NCBI GenBank assembly: GCA_022705365.1
Contig: JAKJEP010000004.1
Span: forward strand, 1 to 32,709
Length of the DNA stretch: 32,709 nt
DNA from: Planctomycetota bacterium
Lineage (GTDB): Bacteria > Planctomycetota > Phycisphaerae > Sedimentisphaerales > SM23-30
Direction: 5' to 3'
Shown here: piece after piece, positions 1-7,058 of the stretch
How positions within the stretch are numbered: position 1 is the first letter of the stretch
Layout of the letters: each line of letters opens with the position of its first letter
Notes under the pieces: generated by a model
Database searches by the model: none
Told to the model about the DNA's origin: nothing
What the model saw: the letters and a program-made list of their open reading frames with translations, nothing else
Position numbers and translations under genes: made by a program

Positions 1-963
1 GCCGACGTATTTCAGACGACGGGAGATATACTCCTGTTTCTGGTAATGGGGCGCGGGGGTTTGGGGGGCAGCGGCCTGCTGATTGGTTTCCTGCTGTACT
101 TTGCGGGCGACTTTATCGGCGATGAAGGAGAGGCTTTCGGTGGAGAAGTGGGAGACGCTGTCGCGGATATGCTCCGCGCCGAAGATGTCCTCGACCATCT
201 CCTGCACCGTCTGGTAGCGCTGGGCCGGGTCTTTGGCCAGTGCCTTGCGGATGACGCGGGCGAACGGCTCTTCGATGCCTTTGAGGTCCGGTTCGGCGGT
301 CATATGTTTCATGAGGATTTCGGAGGGGGTGGAGCCGAAGAAGGGGACCTGGCCGGTGAGCATTTCATAGAGCAGGATGCCCAGGGCGTAGATGTCGATG
401 CTTTTGTCATAGCAGCCGGCGCCGATTTCCGGGGCCATGTAGTGGACGGTGCCGACGGTGATGGTCTGGCCGCTGTGGCGGCTGGCGGTCATCATCTTGG
501 ACAGGCCGTAGTCGCCGATTTTGACGTAGCCGTTTTCGTAAAAGATATTGCCGGGTTTAAGGTCGCGGTGGACGATGCCGCAATCATGGAGGTAGGAGAG
601 GCCCTTGGCGATTTCGCGGAGGAAATAGGCGGTTTTTTGCGTGCCCAGGCCGGAGGGGGCTTCGGTCAGCAGGTCATGCAGGGACGGCCCGGCGACATAT
701 TCCATGACTACAAAGGGGCGGCCTTCGTGATTGTATTTGATGTCGAAGATGGTGACCAGGTGGGGGTTTTTCAGGTTCATGCACTGGCTGATGCCGCGCA
801 GCTCGATGTTCTGGTAGTTCTGGACGGTCTTGAGGGCCACCTCGCGGCCGCTGTCGCTGAGGGCGTAATAGACCTCGCCGAAGCCGCCGCGTCCGGCGGC
901 CCGCTGGATCGTATAACCTTCCAGAGGCTTGTCACCATACTGATACTGAAATGGCTGCGTCAT
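1..963 (-). CDS. Hanks-type Ser/Thr protein kinase; N-terminal kinase domain is present and the 3' end runs off the left window edge
   Basis: It is absent from the ORF track because it is open at the window edge. Reading the reverse complement from ATG (complement of 961-963) gives MTQPFQYQYGDKPLEGYTIQRAAGRGGFGEVYYA..EVALK. This contains the glycine loop and catalytic Lys, the catalytic loop HRDLKPGN (complement of 547-570), a DYG (DFG-type) motif and GTVHYMAPE. The reading frame is continuous to position 1. The + strand ORF 46-1053 is its antisense shadow. Confidence 0.9.
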   Translation of the reverse strand, partial: MTQPFQYQYGDKPLEGYTIQRAAGRGGFGEVYYALSDSGREVALKTVQNYQNIELRGISQCMNLKNPHLVTIFDIKYNHEGRPFVVMEYVAGPSLHDLLTEAPSGLGTQKTAYFLREIAKGLSYLHDCGIVHRDLKPGNIFYENGYVKIGDYGLSKMMTASRHSGQTITVGTVHYMAPEIGAGCYDKSIDIYALGILLYEMLTGQVPFFGSTPSEILMKHMTAEPDLKGIEEPFARVIRKALAKDPAQRYQTVQEMVEDIFGAEHIRDSVSHFSTESLSFIADKVARKVQQETNQQAAAPQTPAPHYQKQEYISRRLKYVG

Positions 964-990
964 GGTTTCCACTATACCATATTTTCCTTA

Positions 991-2562
991 TCAATGAAAT
1001 TCCGTTATTACCAGAGAGAGCGGTCCGGTTTTGAGGGGAGTACCCAGGGGTAATCCCTGTTGACGATTTATGGCCGCGGCCCCGGCCAGGACCGGTTCTT
1101 TGGTGCGGCAGAACCATTGGCCGTTCTGCCAGTGCAGCAGGACCGGCTCGGCCAGCAGGGGGGTCGGAATATGACAGTTCGATTGGGGGCCGATGAGGAT
1201 TTCCCGGTCCGGCAGAAGGACCTGGCGGACATCGGCCCGGGGCAGATGGGCGGCGGAGAGGGTCAGCAGGGCGGTGGTGCTGGCGGGATTGGGCAGGCGG
1301 AACTTGAAGCGGCAGCGGGGGGACAGGGCGATGGAGTCGGAGTCGGCCAGCAGTTTTTCCGTCACCATTTTCTCATTTACGGAGATGGGAGATTCACTAT
1401 GGAGAAAATAATCCTCCTCGCTGCGTTCGATGAGAATGTTGCGGAGGTTCGGTTCGGCAATCAGGCCGACATCGGGCGGCTGGGAGGAACTAATCGGCCC
1501 GACGGTGACCTGCGATTTGCATACGACCAGGTAGCTTCCCACGCCATCGATCTGCAGCAGAAAGCGGGCGGCCGGCGAAGGGGATACCGGAAAATCCGAT
1601 GGGGACGAAAGAGGCTTTTTCTTGAAATCCGGGTCTAGTTCTTTGACGGCGGCGGATGGATAATTTGAATCCTCCGGTAAAGCCAGTCCCAGCGGACCGG
1701 TCAGCAGGGAATCCAGCGATTCGGCGGACCGGCAGGTGCTCTGGAGGGCGGCATCCAGCCAGTGGGCATCCGGCAGCAGCGTTTTGAGCTTACGCAGGAT
1801 CCCGGCGGCCTGGTGCGGCTGACCGCGGGTGAGGAATTCCAGAGCATGGCGGCAGTGCTGGATGGCGCGGGAAAACTGCTGAATCTCCAGGTCGTTCTCT
1901 CCCAGGGGTTTTACCTGTCGCAGCAGCGACTGGGCGAGGTCGATGCGGCCCTGATCCAGATGGCGGCGAATTTTTTCAATCATTAGCGTACAGACCTGTC
2001 GGGCCAATTCCGCCAGTTTCTGATTTTGTTTGCCGGCAGGACCTGCTTTGAGCAGCAGTTCGACAACGGTTTCAAAATCTTCCCGGTTCAAAGCATCCCG
2101 GCCTTTTTGCAGGATGGCGTCCGCTTCCAGTCGTTTGGCCTGCACCTGCTGCATCAGCAGATTTACCTCGGAGGAGGGGGGTGTTTCGCTGAGCATTTCT
2201 TCGGCGGTGGAAAGCCAGTTGTTTTCGATGTGTTTGCGTATCTGGTCGAGCTGCACGGTTTTTCCCTGGCCGTTCTGCATTTTCTCTTCGAGGGCGTTAC
2301 AGAGCAGCGATCGCAATTCGGCGACTTCCGGCGTATTGCCGATGAGTTTATCCGCCTTGTTGCAGTCCTTGAGTGCCTGCTGGAGGCGGCGGGCGTCGAG
2401 ATGCTCCCGGCCGCGCCGGGTGAGGGCCTGGGCGAGCCGGCCGGCAAGCTGCTGACCCCGGCGATGCTGCCGGAAATCAGCCGCTTGTGCCAGTTCGTAT
2501 GCTTCGTCGAGAAGCCCGTCCGCCAGGGCAGACTCCGCCTGTTTGATTCGCAGAATAAGCAC
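991..2562 (-). CDS. Helical-repeat (TPR-like) protein with two degenerate FHA-like C-terminal modules
   Basis: 523-aa ORF with a GTG start and GGAG 8 nt upstream. It ends 27 nt upstream of the kinase start on the same strand. The N-terminal ~300 aa are Leu/Ala/Gln-rich helical repeats. The C-terminal part has two segments with an FHA-like pattern (..VTVGP..., ..ILIGPQSNCHI...WFCRT...) but lacks the canonical S-x-x-H, so the domain call is tentative. Confidence 0.5.
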   Translation of the reverse strand: MLILRIKQAESALADGLLDEAYELAQAADFRQHRRGQQLAGRLAQALTRRGREHLDARRLQQALKDCNKADKLIGNTPEVAELRSLLCNALEEKMQNGQGKTVQLDQIRKHIENNWLSTAEEMLSETPPSSEVNLLMQQVQAKRLEADAILQKGRDALNREDFETVVELLLKAGPAGKQNQKLAELARQVCTLMIEKIRRHLDQGRIDLAQSLLRQVKPLGENDLEIQQFSRAIQHCRHALEFLTRGQPHQAAGILRKLKTLLPDAHWLDAALQSTCRSAESLDSLLTGPLGLALPEDSNYPSAAVKELDPDFKKKPLSSPSDFPVSPSPAARFLLQIDGVGSYLVVCKSQVTVGPISSSQPPDVGLIAEPNLRNILIERSEEDYFLHSESPISVNEKMVTEKLLADSDSIALSPRCRFKFRLPNPASTTALLTLSAAHLPRADVRQVLLPDREILIGPQSNCHIPTPLLAEPVLLHWQNGQWFCRTKEPVLAGAAAINRQQGLPLGTPLKTGPLSLVITEFH

Positions 2563-2586
2563 GGTTCAGCTCCAGAGTAAAGTACC

Positions 2587-2616
2587 ATTATATCATCCGG
2601 TTCGCGATTACGCAAA
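2587..2616 (-). promoter_or_regulatory. Possible sigma70-type promoter for the FHA-like/kinase genes
   Basis: On the minus strand: TTTGCG (complement of 2611-2616), an 18-nt spacer, then TATAAT (complement of 2587-2592). It lies in the 111-nt gap between the coiled-coil gene and the FHA-like gene. Confidence 0.3.
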
Positions 2617-2673
2617 CAGGGAACTGCGGGGATAAATCGCAAGCCGAGACCCGGTCGCACCGCTGCGGCAGGC

Positions 2674-3540
2674 TTAGTTTTGCGCTGCCGGGACGGTTTC
2701 GACCAGGCAGATTTTCCCGGTTTCCGCCGTGGTGCTTTCCGGCTGGCTGTCTGCCAGGGACGGATTAAAATATTCGTCAATCTGGCTGAGCAATTCGGTT
2801 TCGGTGACGGCGGTATCCTCCGCATCCAGGGGGTCGATGAACCGGCTTTCATGGGCCAGAACCCGTTCGGCGACATCGAGCCGTTTCTTAATCTGGGCGA
2901 TGAGCTTTTCGGTCTGGGCCAGCTTGCTGTTATCGACATGGATATTGGAGCCTATGGCGGAGGCCTTTACCAGGCGATACTGGCTGTCCAGGCTTTCGAT
3001 CTTATCTTCCAGGACCATTTTCTGATGGCGGGTTTTTTCCAGCAGTTGGTTGGCGGCCGCCAGCGATTTTTCGCGGTTGTCCAGGAGGCGTTTTTTGCTC
3101 TCCAGGGCGAGGTTGGCCTCTTTAAACCGCTCAAACCGCCGGGCCAGTTCATTCTTCAATTGTTCGCGCGGCAGGTCCTGTGAGCCGATGGTATAGCCAG
3201 CCAGTTGCTGGTTGAGGGAATCGTGCAGCTTGCTGACACGGGTTTTTTCGTCACCCAGGGTCTTTTCGCTTTGGGCGATATCGGTTTTGAGGGCCGCCAC
3301 TTCGACCTCTTCCTGGGCGATGAGCTGGATATTGGCGTGCATTTCGGGGATGATTTCCTCCAGCAGGTCCCGGGCGCGGCACAGCTCAAAGTCAATCGGG
3401 ACGGAACCCTTTACGGCGGTCTGAACCGATTTGGCGGAGCTGCGGATGTAGCTGACCAGATCGCCGCCGAAGACCAGTGCCCCGACCAGAAGTCCGATCA
3501 CCAGAATGATAACCATTGATTTTAACCATTTCGTACACAT
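2674..3540 (-). CDS. Membrane-anchored coiled-coil protein, possibly PspA/IM30-like
   Basis: 288-aa ORF with an ATG start and GGAG upstream. One N-terminal TM helix (MVIILVIGLLVGALVFGG) is followed by ~230 aa of heptad-like charged helix. The segment LLEEIIPEMHANIQLIAQEEVEVAALKTDIAQ resembles the PspA N-terminal helix pattern (..MIQEMED.L.E....A.A......). This is pattern recognition only. Confidence 0.45.
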   Translation of the reverse strand: MCTKWLKSMVIILVIGLLVGALVFGGDLVSYIRSSAKSVQTAVKGSVPIDFELCRARDLLEEIIPEMHANIQLIAQEEVEVAALKTDIAQSEKTLGDEKTRVSKLHDSLNQQLAGYTIGSQDLPREQLKNELARRFERFKEANLALESKKRLLDNREKSLAAANQLLEKTRHQKMVLEDKIESLDSQYRLVKASAIGSNIHVDNSKLAQTEKLIAQIKKRLDVAERVLAHESRFIDPLDAEDTAVTETELLSQIDEYFNPSLADSQPESTTAETGKICLVETVPAAQN

Positions 3541-3779
3541 GAGATAATCTCCTTAAACAGTACCATTTGTTTACATATCCTGTACCAACACAGTTGTCGT
3601 CGGGGAGAGGCGGAGTTTATTTCAAAAAAAATATTTTCCGTAAAATGAGTATATATAAGAGGTTGCGATAGGCAGAGCGAAGGGGGGAGAGATTTTGGAA
3701 AAAAGATTGAATGGTGGGACGGGCGTCGGTTACACTAGGGAAGTGGATTTTACCTGTAAAAGGCGGTGCATAAAGAAAA

Positions 3780-4688
3780 ATGAGTGAACTGAGTCAGGCC
3801 GAGCAATATTTGCTGGATCAGATCCGTAAAGGGCAGTCGGATGCCTGGTCGCAACTGGTGGAGCGGTATCAGGGGCGGCTGCTGGCGTTTACGCAGATGA
3901 AAATACGGCAGCGGGAGGAGGCGGAAGATATCGTGCAGGAGACGTTTGTGGGGTTTCTGAAGTCGTTTCAGAATTTTCGCGGGCTGGCCAGCTTGGAGAC
4001 GTTCCTTTTTACCATTCTCCGCCGGAAGATTGCCGACAGTTTTCGGGGGCAGCAGTCGCGGCGGATCTGTCTGCTGCAGGATGTGTATCATGTGGACCGG
4101 CAGTCGGATGCGGAAAGCGATGCCTTTGGGCATTTTGCGTCGGCGGAACCGACCGCCAGCTGGTACGCACGGCGCAGCGAACAGCATTCGATCCAGAAGG
4201 AGGTCCTGGCTCAGGCTCTGCAGGCACTGGTGGCCGGTTTGAAAGAATCGCTCGATTTCCGGGATTTGAAGATTATTGAGATGCTGCTGTATTGCAAGCT
4301 GCCGAATAAGGATGTGGCGAAGGTGCTGGCGATGAGCGAAAAAAATATCGCGGTAATCAAACACCGCTGCCTGAAGCAGATTCGGGAGAAGGTGGAGTTT
4401 CGGGTTGCTACGGGGGAGGTGCAGGATGCGGATTTTGAGAATATGCTAACGGAAGTCTGGGAGTCGCTGCGGCTGAGCTGTCCCAAGCGCAGCACGATTG
4501 GGGCGTTTCTGCTGGGGACGCTGGAGGAGCAGTGGGGGGATTATGTGGATTTTCATGTGAACCGGCTGGGCTGCCAATTTTGCCAGGCCAATCTGGAGGA
4601 TCTGAAACGGCAAACGGCGGATAGCGGAAATCCTGGCTTTCGTGCTCGTATTATGGAATCGACGGTGGGGTTTTTAAGCAAATCATGA
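3780..4688 (+). CDS. ECF (group 4) sigma-70 family factor with a C-terminal zinc-anti-sigma-like (zf-HC2/ZAS) extension
   Basis: 302 aa. The sigma2 region reads WSQLVERYQGRLLAF...EEAEDIVQETFVGFLKSF...ETFLFTILRRKIADSFR. The sigma4 HTH reads LKIIEMLLYCKLPNKDVAKVLAMSEKNIAVIKHRCLKQIREK. An extra ~90 aa contains C234-x24-H259-x5-C265-x2-C268 (SCPKRSTIGAFLLGTLEE...FHVNRLGCQFCQANLEDL). Confidence 0.85.
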   Translation: MSELSQAEQYLLDQIRKGQSDAWSQLVERYQGRLLAFTQMKIRQREEAEDIVQETFVGFLKSFQNFRGLASLETFLFTILRRKIADSFRGQQSRRICLLQDVYHVDRQSDAESDAFGHFASAEPTASWYARRSEQHSIQKEVLAQALQALVAGLKESLDFRDLKIIEMLLYCKLPNKDVAKVLAMSEKNIAVIKHRCLKQIREKVEFRVATGEVQDADFENMLTEVWESLRLSCPKRSTIGAFLLGTLEEQWGDYVDFHVNRLGCQFCQANLEDLKRQTADSGNPGFRARIMESTVGFLSKS

Positions 4689-4853
4689 GCGGGCAAGATA
4701 TTGCTTTTTGGGTAATTACGTAATTGTGTCGACAATGACGGTGGAGAATTTGTTTTTTCCTTAGTGAGCCAGTAATATTTATAATTTTCCATTTTTAATC
4801 ATTTTTCGCAAACTTTTTCTTTACTTTTTTGGGGAATGTTGTATAGTATTTGA

Positions 4854-4942
4854 TAACCCGACCAGATGTCCGGTGCCCAAAAAAAGCCAACCCCCTCTTG
4901 GCTTTGCGGGCTCACCGCCCGCCGCCGGACATTGCTTTTTTT
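4854..4942 (+). ncRNA. Candidate structured small RNA or complex terminator (unclassified)
   Basis: A promoter-like TTTACT (4820-4825), 16-nt spacer and TATAGT (4842-4847) precede it. An outer stem ATGTCCGG (4866-4873) / CCGGACAT (4925-4932) encloses two adjacent hairpins: AAAGCCAA (4883-4890) / TTGGCTTT (4898-4905) and GCGGGC (4906-4911) / GCCCGC (4917-4922). A T7 run follows at 4936-4942. ORFs overlapping it look non-coding. Confidence 0.3.
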
Positions 4943-5106
4943 CCTTTCTCAAAATCAGATTTCCGTGTGAAACATAATCCAAAGCGGTGTTTTTATGTTG
5001 AAGGGAGTACGGAAACAATCCGCAGGGATATGGAAATAGTTCGGCTTGCCAATCGGGCAGGGGGGCAGGGCATTAACGGGGACTGGATATGGTGAAAGGC
5101 GAGGAT

Positions 5107-5137
5107 AAAAAAAGCCCCGGCTGAGTTGGGCCGGGGC
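5107..5137 (-). terminator. Rho-independent terminator of the CoA-transferase::GNAT gene
   Basis: On the minus strand: an 8-bp GC stem GCCCCGGC/GCCGGGGC (5114-5121 pairs with 5130-5137) with an 8-nt loop, followed by T7 (complement of A-run 5107-5113). It lies 40 nt past the stop at 5178. Confidence 0.65.
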
Positions 5138-5177
5138 AGGGGTAAAAATCGGTTTTGCAATCACCGGGGTGATGATT

Positions 5178-7058
5178 TTAGTTGAAGTCAAGCTGGTAGC
5201 TGATGACGCCTTCCTGGACGTGGGTTTTCACCTTGCAGTCGCAGTTATTCAGGACCACCTGCATGGCTTTGTTGTCGCGGAGGACTTCGGCGGTGAAGCC
5301 GTCGATGCCGTTGCGGCGGGCGATGGTTATCAGGTACTTGAGCAGGAAGGTGCCGATGCCGCGGTTTTGCCACTGATCCTGCACGATGAAGGCCACTTCA
5401 GCCTTGTTGGTCTTGGGGTTGAGGTAGTATCTGCCGATGGCGATGATGTCTTCGCCGTAGGCCTCAGGCAGAGTACCGGCGATGGCCACTTCGTTGCGGT
5501 GGTCGATATAGACGAAATCCTGAATTTGTTTTTGCGGGATTCGCTTGATTTCTTTCATAAAACGATAGTAAATGGTCTGCTGGGAGAGGTTGTAGAAGAG
5601 GTCCTTGATGCGCGGTTCATCGGTCGGATGGATGGGCCGGAAGTTAATCTGCGTGCCGTTGTCGAGAAGCATGGTGGTTTTGAGTTCTTCCGGACCGACG
5701 CGAATCTTGCCTTCGACATCGGCCAGTTCCCGGCGAAGGTATTTGGCTTCAATGGCTTCTTCCAGAAGCTGCTGGCGGAAATCGGGATGGGCGATGCTGA
5801 TCAGGGCCAAGGCCCGTTCCTGGACGCTCTTGCCGTGGAGATAGGCGACGCCGTATTCGGTGACGACGTAATGAACATCGCCGCGGGTGGTGACCACACC
5901 GGCGCCCTTACTCAGGCTGGTGGTTATCCGGGAAACCGTACCGTTTTTGGCGGTAGAGGGCAGAGCGATGATGGCTTTGCCGCCGTGGGAGCGGGCCGCC
6001 CCGCGGTTGAAGTCCACCTGCCCGCCGATGCCGGAGTAGAATCGGGTTCCCAGCGAGTCGGCACAAATCTGACCGGTAAGGTCCACTTCGAGGGCCACGT
6101 TAATCGCGACCATTTTCTGCTGCTGGCTAATCACATACGAATCGTTGACATACTCCGTGGGATGGAAGGAGAAGAGAGGATTGTTATCAATGTAATCGTA
6201 GAGCTTTTTGGTTCCGAGGCAGAAGCTGGCAACGATTTTGCCGCGATCCACGGATTTATTTTTTCCGGTAATGACGCCGGATTCAATCATGTCCATGATG
6301 GCATCGGTGAACATTTCGGTATGAATCCCCAGGTTTTTCTTTTCCCAGAGGAATTCCAAAACGGCCTGGGGGATCCGTCCGATTCCCAGTTCGATGGTGG
6401 AGCCGTCTTCGACCAGGCCGGCGATGTTGGCGCCGATTTTGCGGGTGACATCGGTTACTTCCGGAGGAAGGATCTCGATCAACGGGGTATCCACGGGGAC
6501 CAGGATATCCAGGTCGTGGACCTGAATCAAGCTGTCGCCGAGGGTGCGGGGCATCTGCGGATTGACCTGGGCGATCACGAGAGCGGCATTTTCAGCGGCG
6601 CTTTTGACGATATCGACGGAGATGCCCAGGCTGCACATGCCGCGTTCATCCGGCGGAGTTACCTGAATCAAGGCCACGTCGAGGGGATGCTGGCCGGAGC
6701 TGAACAAGCGGGGGATATCGGAGAGGAAGATGGGAGTGTAATCCCCCAAACCTTCCTGAATGATATCGCGGACGTTTTCGGAGATGAAGAAACTATTGAC
6801 ACGGAAATAGTCGGATAATTCCTTGGCCGCATAGGGAGCCTTGCCGAAGGTCAGCAGGTGCACGATTTCGGTATCGGGCAGTTCGGCATGGCGATTGGCC
6901 AGGGCCTGGACCAGCTCAAGAGGCTGGGCGCAGCCGGTGCCGATAAAAACGCGGTTTCCGGGTTTCAGCTTTTTGACGGCCTCCTCCGGGGTGGCGATCA
7001 TCCGTTTATATTTTTCCTGCCAATTGGGATCGTAACTTATTTGTTTATTCTCGCTCAT
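5178..7058 (-). CDS. Fusion protein: acetyl-CoA hydrolase/CoA-transferase family domain (4-hydroxybutyrate CoA-transferase-like) plus a C-terminal Pat-type GNAT acetyltransferase
   Basis: 626 aa. The N-terminal ~440 aa read ..ATPEEAVKKLKPGNRVFIGTGCAQPLELVQALANR...GGQVDF.RGA.., typical of the AcetylCoA_hydro/transferase family. The C-terminal ~170 aa (about 5181-5700) form a GNAT with the acetyl-CoA loop QNRGIGTFLL, preceded by IHPTDEPRIKDLFYNLSQQTIYYRF. Its ATG overlaps the upstream gene's stop (ATGA at 7055-7058). Confidence 0.85.
   Translation of the reverse strand: MSENKQISYDPNWQEKYKRMIATPEEAVKKLKPGNRVFIGTGCAQPLELVQALANRHAELPDTEIVHLLTFGKAPYAAKELSDYFRVNSFFISENVRDIIQEGLGDYTPIFLSDIPRLFSSGQHPLDVALIQVTPPDERGMCSLGISVDIVKSAAENAALVIAQVNPQMPRTLGDSLIQVHDLDILVPVDTPLIEILPPEVTDVTRKIGANIAGLVEDGSTIELGIGRIPQAVLEFLWEKKNLGIHTEMFTDAIMDMIESGVITGKNKSVDRGKIVASFCLGTKKLYDYIDNNPLFSFHPTEYVNDSYVISQQQKMVAINVALEVDLTGQICADSLGTRFYSGIGGQVDFNRGAARSHGGKAIIALPSTAKNGTVSRITTSLSKGAGVVTTRGDVHYVVTEYGVAYLHGKSVQERALALISIAHPDFRQQLLEEAIEAKYLRRELADVEGKIRVGPEELKTTMLLDNGTQINFRPIHPTDEPRIKDLFYNLSQQTIYYRFMKEIKRIPQKQIQDFVYIDHRNEVAIAGTLPEAYGEDIIAIGRYYLNPKTNKAEVAFIVQDQWQNRGIGTFLLKYLITIARRNGIDGFTAEVLRDNKAMQVVLNNCDCKVKTHVQEGVISYQLDFN

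Noticed and set aside
46-1053. 335-aa + strand ORF rich in Gly/Ala/Asp/Phe
   Set aside because: It is the antisense shadow of the minus-strand Ser/Thr kinase, whose catalytic motifs read cleanly on the other strand. The composition is low-complexity and no motif is recognisable.
2163-2939. 258-aa minus-strand ORF bridging the FHA-like and coiled-coil genes
   Set aside because: It overlaps two well-supported genes in a different frame. The product is Arg/Pro/Ser-rich and low-complexity, so it is a likely artefact.
5169-6818. 549-aa + strand ORF
   Set aside because: It lies fully antisense to the CoA-transferase::GNAT gene, which has clear family motifs. The Gly/Asp/Val/Ala-rich composition is typical of a GC-biased shadow frame.
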